Source: Microcoleaceae cyanobacterium
GTDB lineage: Bacteria > Cyanobacteriota > Cyanobacteriia > Cyanobacteriales > Microcoleaceae
DNA length: 14,359 bases
NCBI GenBank assembly: GCA_051652765.1
Contig: JBOFUV010000080.1
Span: forward strand, 1 to 14,359
Direction of reading: 5' to 3'
Positions 7,743 through 14,359 of this stretch are shown here, in pieces. The translations under genes and the position numbers were made by a program. The notes below the pieces were generated by a model, which saw only the letters and a list, made by a program, of their open reading frames with translations, had not been told where the DNA came from and ran no database searches. Numbering within the stretch: position 1 is the stretch's first letter; each line of letters starts with the position of its first letter.

Positions 7743-8558
7743 ATGACGATTGCAACTTCAAAAAAACTTGATCTTGACTGGACAGTGATTGGTTTTATGG
7801 CCTTTCTTCATGTCGGAGCGCTATTTGCCTTATTGCCTAGCAACTTTAGCTGGGTAGCGGTCGGTATCGCTGTTTTTCTCCATTGGGTCACGGGGGGATT
7901 GGGAATTACCCTGGGGCTGCATCGGCTAGTGACCCATCGTAGCTTTGAAACACCCAAATGGCTGGAATACTTTTTTTTGCTGTGTGGTGCCCTAGCTTGT
8001 CAGGGAGGGCCAATTGAATGGGTCGGAATGCATCGGATTCATCACCTGCACTCAGATACAGAGCTTGACCCCCATGACTCTCGTCAAGGGTTTTGGTGGA
8101 GTCACATGGGCTGGATGCTGCACAAACACCCAGCTAAAGCTGACGTTCCTCGCCATACCAAAGACATTGGGGATGACCCTGTTTATCAGTTTTTTCAAAA
8201 AAACTTTATTCCTGTTCAGGTTGCCCTGGGAATGGTGCTGTTTGGGTTGGGAGGTTGGCCTTTTGTCGTTTGGGGAGTGTTTGCCCGAGTGGTTGTAGTG
8301 TTCCATTGCACCTGGTTGGTGAATAGTGCAACTCACAAATTTGGCTATCGCACTTACAATAACTCTGGAGATTCATCCACAAATTGTTGGTGGGTGGCAG
8401 TGGTAACCTACGGCGAAGGCTGGCACAACAATCATCATGCTTTCCAATATTCGGCTCGGCATGGATTGAAATGGTGGGAAATTGACCTGACTTGGCGAAC
8501 AATCCAGGGGTTACAGGCTCTAGGTCTAGCTAAAAAAGTAAAACTAGCCAACTCATAG
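7743..8558 (+). CDS. desC: Delta-9 acyl-lipid desaturase (DesC, copy 1)
   Basis: His boxes HRLVTH, HRIHH, WHNNHH; GLGITLG, RSFETPKWLEY, CQGGPIEW, VNSATH, FQYSARHGL. Confidence 0.95.
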   Translation: MTIATSKKLDLDWTVIGFMAFLHVGALFALLPSNFSWVAVGIAVFLHWVTGGLGITLGLHRLVTHRSFETPKWLEYFFLLCGALACQGGPIEWVGMHRIHHLHSDTELDPHDSRQGFWWSHMGWMLHKHPAKADVPRHTKDIGDDPVYQFFQKNFIPVQVALGMVLFGLGGWPFVVWGVFARVVVVFHCTWLVNSATHKFGYRTYNNSGDSSTNCWWVAVVTYGEGWHNNHHAFQYSARHGLKWWEIDLTWRTIQGLQALGLAKKVKLANS

Positions 8559-8921
8559 TGGATATTGCATCCGGGTGAATCATATGCAGTTTACAGCAGA
8601 CTTCGTGCCGATGTGAGCAAGTTCCTTGACGGGACAGGTGAGAACATTTGTGCCAGAGGCTTCAGCCCTGTGAAGGTATATCATTAGTCCGGACTTGGAT
8701 ATGACTCTGTCCAACCCAACCCATTTTGAGTCGAAAGTTGGGCTAGACCTTTCAGGGTTTAAGGGATTGGTTTAATGGGATTGTGACAGACTATAAAGCT
8801 CATTGAGCTGTTGTCCGGCAGTTGATCAAGGGCTCGGTGTGAGGTTGATTAGATGCAACCGACGTACTAGATCTGTTGGTTTGTTTAGTTCATGCCCCTT
8901 GAAGGGATGACAAAATATCGA

Positions 8922-9743
8922 ATGACTTCAGCAACAAATACATCACAACTTGAAATTCATTGGGAACATGCGATTAGCCTAGCAATCGTCCATGTTATGG
9001 CCTTGCTAGCCCTGTTTCCCGCATTCTTTAGCTGGAAAGCTGTTGGAGTTGCAGTGTTTCTGCATTGGGTCACGGGGGGCTTGGGAATTACCCTAGGATG
9101 GCATCGGCTCCTCACCCATCGTAGTTTTCAAACCCCAAAATGGCTGGAATACTTTTTGGTATTCTGTGGCGTTCTCTCGAGTGAGGGTGGGGTGATTGAT
9201 TGGGTTGGCCTGCATCGGATGCACCACCAACACTCTGACCAAGAACTTGATCCCCATGACTCTAGAAAAGGCTTTTGGTGGAGTCACATCGGCTGGATCT
9301 TTTGCAAGAGTCCGGCCCAAGCTTTGGTTCCTCGCTACACTCAAGATATTATTGATGATCCCGTTTATCAGTTCTTCAGCAAGCATGTTCTCTCTTTTCA
9401 GGTTGCCCTAGGTTTGTTGCTGTTGTTAATCGGAGGTTGGCCATTTCTGATTTGGGGAGTCTTTGTCCGTTTGGTGCTGGTGTTTCATTGCACTTGGTTT
9501 GTGAACAGTGCAACGCACAAGTTTGGCTATCGCACTTACGAAACAACGGATAGTTCTACAAATTGTTGGTGGGTTGCTCTAGTCACTTATGGTGAAGGGT
9601 GGCACAATAATCACCATGCCTTCCAATATTCCGCTCGGCATGGCCTGCAATGGTGGGAAGTTGATTTAACCTGGATGACAATTCGGTTCTTCCAGATTTT
9701 GGGATTGGCAACAAAGGTCAAGCTTATTCCAAAGTCAACCTAG
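8922..9743 (+). CDS. desC: Delta-9-type acyl-lipid desaturase (DesC paralog, copy 2); ORF extends to ATG 8892 but 8922 (MTSAT...) aligns with copy 1
   Basis: His boxes HRLLTH, HRMHH, WHNNHH; colinear with copy 1 over its full length. Confidence 0.9.
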   Translation: MTSATNTSQLEIHWEHAISLAIVHVMALLALFPAFFSWKAVGVAVFLHWVTGGLGITLGWHRLLTHRSFQTPKWLEYFLVFCGVLSSEGGVIDWVGLHRMHHQHSDQELDPHDSRKGFWWSHIGWIFCKSPAQALVPRYTQDIIDDPVYQFFSKHVLSFQVALGLLLLLIGGWPFLIWGVFVRLVLVFHCTWFVNSATHKFGYRTYETTDSSTNCWWVALVTYGEGWHNNHHAFQYSARHGLQWWEVDLTWMTIRFFQILGLATKVKLIPKST

Positions 9744-9782
9744 GCTTGTTGTAGACCGAGCAACCACCAAGGTTGAAGTTTT

Positions 9783-9813
9783 AAGTGGGGGTGCAGGACT
9801 TGCGCCCCCATTT
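9783..9813. repeat. REP-like GC-rich hairpin; possible terminator or processing stem
   Basis: AAGTGGGGGTGCAG-GAC-TTGCGCCCCCATTT forms a 14-bp stem with G-U pairs; resembles cyanobacterial GTAGGGGCGCA...TGCGCCCCTAC-type extragenic palindromes. Confidence 0.6.
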
Positions 9814-9860
9814 GAGGTTTAAAAGTACTTAATTTAATTGAGTGAGGGAGCGTTTTAACA

Positions 9861-12800
9861 ATGGCAGTGATTATCGGTACACTGAATCCAGACTTTCTAG
9901 ACGGGACGCTAGAAGCGGATCAAATTCAAGGGTTAGAGGCAGACGACACGTTGCTAGGGTTTCAAGGAAGTGACTCGTTGCAGGGAAATAGTGAGAATGA
10001 CTCTCTGATTGGAGGTCGGGGCGGTGACTTGCTCCAGGGCGGCGCTGGGAATGACTCACTCTTTGGTGAATTTGGCAATGATACCCTGGAGGGGGATCTG
10101 GGAAATGACTTCCTATTTGGGAATGAGGGCGATGATTTAGTCACCGATAGCGATGGCCCAGATACTTTATACGGTGGCCTTGGGAACGACACGATTTTCA
10201 ACGGTGCGGGTGACGATCAACTCTTTGGCGATCGCGATAACGATCTTCTCTATACTGGCCCAGGTCTCAACACGTTAACAGGTGGAGTCGGGGCTGATTT
10301 ATTTGTGATTGGCCGAGGATTAAATCAAGGCCAGACTGATATTATTACTGACTTTCGGCCTGGGTTTGACCTGATCGGCTTGGCAGAGGATTTAAGAGTT
10401 GAGAATTTAGAGTTTATTCAAACCGGGAACGATACGACAATTCGCGATCGCGACTCTGGAGAAGAGTTGGCGATTTTACAAGATACTAATAACAATGTTT
10501 TGAGCCGGAGTAACTTTACGCGCTCCATTGCAACGATTTCCTCCGTTATAGAATTTCTAGACACAAGCGCTAGTGTAAGAGAAGGTCAAACTGCTCCCCT
10601 AGAAATTGGGATTCAGCGCACAGGTTCCCCCCTGAACACGGTTGCAGCAACGGTGTTCTTCACCAGTGGTTCAGGGACGGCAGACAGCGATTTTCCCGGT
10701 ACTGCGATTGAGGTCGTGTTTGAACCCTTCCAAACCTTCCAGCAAATTGAGATTCCGGTTCTGGATGACAGCAGTGTTGAAGGGAGTGAGTCCTTCAGCC
10801 TGAGTTTAGGAGAGCCGATTGGGGGAGCAACCATTGGGGAACAGGGAGAACTGATCGTCACAATTGAAGACGATGATGCCCCTACCACTCCGCCCCAACC
10901 CCCTGAACCCGGCCTTCCTCCGGTTATTATCCCGCCCATTGCCCAGCCCGATCTGGCCACAATTGCCGTATCTGTTGCCCCAGAGAGAGTCCTGGAAAGT
11001 GGTAGCGAAACTCTGATCTATACCTTCACCCGAACCGCAGGGCCAACGGATACGACTTTCCTGTTGGCTTTTTCTCTGGGTGGAACGGCTCAACTTGGGG
11101 TAGACTACACCCTCTCTGGCGGAGTTAACCTGGTGAGTAATACCTTAGTAACCGTTGCTTTCCCTGCCAACTCTACGGCCCAAGTGATTGTCACTCCCAT
11201 TGATAATACTGAGTTTGAAGCCAACCGCACCGTAGAACTCACCCTCAATAATGGTTTTCTCTATAATGCCGACTCTGATAATGGTTCAGCCGTTGGCACG
11301 ATTCTAGATGATGATCCTCCTCCTGATCCGCCTGCCTACGATTTTATTCAAGAGGAATTCATTGTGATTGAGGGCAATGATCCGACCAATCCCTCTCAAG
11401 CCATCATTACGGTTCAGCGTTCCGATCTCGGGTCAGAGTTTCAAACCCAAGTGGATGTTGTGCTAGAAGACCGAACAACCGAGGCTGGAGTAGACTACAT
11501 TCCTCTGGGAGAGTCTAACCAAATTACTCTGAATTTTGCCTCCGGAGACATTGAAGAGTCATTCCCGATCACTCTAATTCCAAATACGATAGAGCAAGAC
11601 CCTAGAGAACTGGGCCTCAGCTTTGACAACTTTCAAATTATTATTGATGGCACGCCTCGAGCCGGAGGACAGAATGGACGGATTCCTGAAGCAACCTTGA
11701 GGATTATTGATGATGATGCTCCCCCGATCTATACCTTTGACTTAGCAGAATATGAAGTAACGGAGGGAGATCCCTTTGTGACGGTGGCAGTCGAACGGTC
11801 TGGGAATCTGGCCTTTGAATCTGGAGTAACGGTTAACCCCGTTGCCCTTCCCGCAGGAGAAATTCCGGCTCCTGGAGCCCCAGCAACTCCCGGTATTGAT
11901 GTCAGTGTCCCTGGAGTGGATTTTGACTCCACTCCCATTCTGCTTAACTTTGCTCCTGGAGAAACGTTGAAAACTCTGGAGATTCCGATTGTGGATGATA
12001 CCCTAGTTGAGCCTGATGAGTATTTTGGGCTAGAGTTCAGTGATTTTGTACTGTTTGATACTAGCGGCAATGAAATTCTGGGCCTTGGAGCTGCGGGTGA
12101 CCCAGCAACGGCTAGGGTCAGAATCATTGACAATGATATCCCAACGGTGACCCTCCAAGATCCGACTCCGACATCCATCGAGCAAACCTTTGTTCTCGAT
12201 GCCAACGGCAATCAGCAGCCCGTTCCCCCAAGTAATCCCAACTTCGACCCTAATGAGCCCCTCACTCAGTTTGTCAGAACAAATCCTGTTCCGGGTCAAT
12301 TTCAAGTCAGTCGGCAGGAGTCTGACCCCAGCGGCGCTAACCCTCTGGCGGTGACTCTCTCCCTTGAATTTAATGGCATTTCTTCGGAATTTACCGTTGA
12401 ATCGAGTCGAATTGTCTCAGATGATTATGAACTTAGACTCACCAACCCCAACAGCGGCACTCTCCAGCTCAATACCGATGAAACCGTTACCCTCAACTTT
12501 AACCGGGGATTTGCGGACATTGGTTTGAGTCTGGTTCCTAAGGATGACTTTCAAGCAGAAGCTGAAGAATCCCTGACCTTGACCTTGCTACCAGATCAGC
12601 CCCTTGTCGGTGAAGCGGTCACCTATGTCATTGGGGATAGTGCGACGGGAACCGTTGGAATTGCTCTCAACGACACCGATGTGATTACAGATGAAGATCT
12701 CGATGAGAATTCCAACCCGGTTGAAGGGTCTCTGCGACAAGCCCTGATCAACGCCGAAGAGTTTAGTGGAATTAACCGGATCGGCTTCATTGACTTGCCT

Positions 12801-13835
12801 GCAAATAGCGAGGTTAATTTAGAAGACGCACTGCCAAATCTCAGTGATGCTTTGGTACTGGATGGTTCTGATGCTCAGAATTTAACGATTCAGCGATCGC
12901 CAGAGGTTGCGAGCCAGTTTCGGATTTTCACGATTGATGGTGGTTCGGTGACCCTGAGTAACGTGACCCTGGCTAATGGGATTGCCCCAGCAACGGATTT
13001 CAACAATCTTACGGAAAGTACACCAGAAAACCGAGGTGGAGCCATCAGTGTGACCTCGACCTCAGCTCAGGTTAACTTGAATGGGGTGCAGTTGCAGAAC
13101 AATCAGGCCAATAACGGAGGCGCGATCGCCAGTTCCGGCATTATCAACCTGACTGATAGTGCCGTGATTGAGAACGATGCCGTTAACGGGGGCGGAATTG
13201 CCATTGTGGATGGGACGTTCCGGGTGAATAACAGCACTGTTGCTGACAACACAGCCCTCCGGATTGGAGGTGGAATTTTTGAATCCTTTGGCACCTTAAC
13301 GGTTACGAATGGCACCATTGCCCGGAACAGCATCGTTAATGGATCGGGCCAACCTGCTGGAGAAGGGGGCGGCATTGGCGTGAACACCACCACAGGCATT
13401 GTCAACCTGAAAAACACGATTGTTGCTGACAATATTGCTCTGATTGGCCCAGACATCTCCCCAACTGCTACTTCCGCCATTAACAGTGGGGGCAACAACT
13501 TAGTTGGCATTGCCAGCGGGACATCATTCAATCCCAATACTGGAGTGGGAGATCTGCTCGGCACAACGGCGATCCCAATTGATGCCCTCCTTGCCCCTGG
13601 GTTTAATCTGAATGGGTTGACGGCGGTGATCGCTTTGCAACCTGGAAGTCCAGCCATTGATGCTGGGGGCGGGACATTTTCGTCTCCCTACACTAATCCC
13701 GGAAGTTTCGATCAACGGGGGTCTGGCTTCTCCCGGTTTATCGATATTCCAGGGGTTGGGACGGATCTAGTTGCAGGCGCTCCTACTACGGGCACGAACG
13801 TGATTGATATCGGTGCGTTTGAGCTTCAGAGTTAG
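9861..13835 (+). CDS. Large acidic extracellular/surface protein: N-terminal hemolysin-type (RTX) Ca-binding repeats, about five Calx-beta-like domains, C-terminal right-handed beta-helix with choice-of-anchor-Q-like end
   Basis: GGxGxDxLx nonapeptides and DIITDF..GFDLI (about 9890-10400); Calx-beta-like units ending IEDDD, ILDDD, IIDDD, IIDND, IALND; GSLRQAL, repeated GGAI/GGGI, LKNTIVA.N, LQPGSPAIDAG, DQRG, DIGAFE. RBS-like GAGGGAG upstream; no Sec signal peptide evident. Confidence 0.9.
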   Translation: MAVIIGTLNPDFLDGTLEADQIQGLEADDTLLGFQGSDSLQGNSENDSLIGGRGGDLLQGGAGNDSLFGEFGNDTLEGDLGNDFLFGNEGDDLVTDSDGPDTLYGGLGNDTIFNGAGDDQLFGDRDNDLLYTGPGLNTLTGGVGADLFVIGRGLNQGQTDIITDFRPGFDLIGLAEDLRVENLEFIQTGNDTTIRDRDSGEELAILQDTNNNVLSRSNFTRSIATISSVIEFLDTSASVREGQTAPLEIGIQRTGSPLNTVAATVFFTSGSGTADSDFPGTAIEVVFEPFQTFQQIEIPVLDDSSVEGSESFSLSLGEPIGGATIGEQGELIVTIEDDDAPTTPPQPPEPGLPPVIIPPIAQPDLATIAVSVAPERVLESGSETLIYTFTRTAGPTDTTFLLAFSLGGTAQLGVDYTLSGGVNLVSNTLVTVAFPANSTAQVIVTPIDNTEFEANRTVELTLNNGFLYNADSDNGSAVGTILDDDPPPDPPAYDFIQEEFIVIEGNDPTNPSQAIITVQRSDLGSEFQTQVDVVLEDRTTEAGVDYIPLGESNQITLNFASGDIEESFPITLIPNTIEQDPRELGLSFDNFQIIIDGTPRAGGQNGRIPEATLRIIDDDAPPIYTFDLAEYEVTEGDPFVTVAVERSGNLAFESGVTVNPVALPAGEIPAPGAPATPGIDVSVPGVDFDSTPILLNFAPGETLKTLEIPIVDDTLVEPDEYFGLEFSDFVLFDTSGNEILGLGAAGDPATARVRIIDNDIPTVTLQDPTPTSIEQTFVLDANGNQQPVPPSNPNFDPNEPLTQFVRTNPVPGQFQVSRQESDPSGANPLAVTLSLEFNGISSEFTVESSRIVSDDYELRLTNPNSGTLQLNTDETVTLNFNRGFADIGLSLVPKDDFQAEAEESLTLTLLPDQPLVGEAVTYVIGDSATGTVGIALNDTDVITDEDLDENSNPVEGSLRQALINAEEFSGINRIGFIDLPANSEVNLEDALPNLSDALVLDGSDAQNLTIQRSPEVASQFRIFTIDGGSVTLSNVTLANGIAPATDFNNLTESTPENRGGAISVTSTSAQVNLNGVQLQNNQANNGGAIASSGIINLTDSAVIENDAVNGGGIAIVDGTFRVNNSTVADNTALRIGGGIFESFGTLTVTNGTIARNSIVNGSGQPAGEGGGIGVNTTTGIVNLKNTIVADNIALIGPDISPTATSAINSGGNNLVGIASGTSFNPNTGVGDLLGTTAIPIDALLAPGFNLNGLTAVIALQPGSPAIDAGGGTFSSPYTNPGSFDQRGSGFSRFIDIPGVGTDLVAGAPTTGTNVIDIGAFELQS

Positions 13836-13869
13836 AGCTTTGCATTCAGTAACGGTAGCATTTCCCAAG

Positions 13870-13920
13870 GTTGGGCCATGGAACAGTTTTGATACAACTG
13901 TTCCATGGCCTTAACTTTTG
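13870..13920 (+). terminator. Intrinsic terminator of the surface-protein gene
   Basis: GGCCATGGAACAGTT (13874-13888) / AACTGTTCCATGGCC (13896-13910) perfect 15-bp stem, followed by TTAACTTTT. Confidence 0.85.
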
Positions 13921-14347
13921 ATGTCATTCACCCTCAAATGCCTTTAACAGAGCCAGCTCACGGCAAAGCTTAATATTGAGATCGTGGTAAAAAATTTTGA
14001 TATGTCTCCGGAGTATCCGATCAAGTTCAGTATAAGGGAGTGGACAGTTTAACGAAGCGGCATCACGCTATATTCTGTCCGCTCATGACCTAGTTTGAGC
14101 GTCAGCGGGGGGGTGTTTATGGGAAACGTCAAACCATCTATTAACGCAGGTGCTGATAACGTTTGGGTTTTGCAATTAATCGCAAGATTAATCTGGCACT
14201 TAACTTTGCAATTAATTCAGAGCATGGTTTGTTTGCGCTTCAGGGTCTTTGTTTACAGCCAAATCACATCACGTCCCATCCTACCTGCTTGATTGACTCT
14301 GACGAGGTCTCCTGAATCTATTTCACCCTAAGGAGATTTCAACATCC

Positions 14348-14359
14348 ATGAAACTTTCA
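14348..14359 (+). CDS. Probable start of the next gene (MKLS...), truncated by the window
   Basis: AAGGAG at 14330-14335, 12 nt before ATG 14348; only four codons visible. Confidence 0.45.

Larger units (their letters stand above)
496..13129. repeat. HIP1 octamer GCGATCGC, nine dispersed copies
   Basis: Starts at 496, 1512, 5003, 6458, 7385, 10228, 10444, 12893 and 13122; fewer than one copy is expected by chance in 14 kb. Hallmark of cyanobacteria. Confidence 0.9.

Noticed and set aside
8560..8745. Small hairpins and the palindrome AGTCCGGACT in the desC spacer
   Set aside because: Short, imperfect and without a U-tract; compatible with chance.
8790..8870. TGCAACCGAC resembling the 3' end of a c-di-GMP-II riboswitch upstream of desC copy 2
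   Set aside because: The matching GGGCAC segment, kink-turn and closing stem are not convincingly present; an Rfam scan would settle it.
6469..13715. Antisense or alternative-frame ORFs within the ynbB-like, desC and surface-protein genes
   Set aside because: Expected shadows of biased coding sequence, with no independent signals.
14095..14292. 65-aa ORF
   Set aside because: TTG start, no RBS or motif, and it overlaps probable regulatory sequence.

Overview
This is a cyanobacterial chromosomal window (nine HIP1 GCGATCGC octamers; typical cyanobacterial gene content), and it is mostly core or housekeeping sequence. In order: (1) a minus-strand GT2 + GT-C-type glycosyltransferase fusion that runs off the left edge and is missing from the supplied ORF track; (2) a small 4-Cys protein; (3) an XRE-family HTH regulator with a candidate operator; (4) glgX; (5) an intergenic sRNA that I recognise from memory as PsrR1/SyR1-like, followed by at least one decayed copy of its core; (6) a YnbB/'aluminium-resistance' PLP enzyme; (7) two tandem DesC-type delta-9 desaturases divergent from it; (8) a 1324-aa RTX/Calx-beta/beta-helix surface protein with extreme amino-acid bias; (9) a structured leader ahead of a gene that starts at the right edge. 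I see no mobile element, CRISPR array, tRNA/rRNA or clear new multi-gene system. The best leads are the duplicated sRNA core, the desC paralog with a changed conserved tunnel residue, the Cys/His/Trp-free surface protein (Met only as initiator) and the GT fusion. All family assignments come from motif recognition, not database searches.
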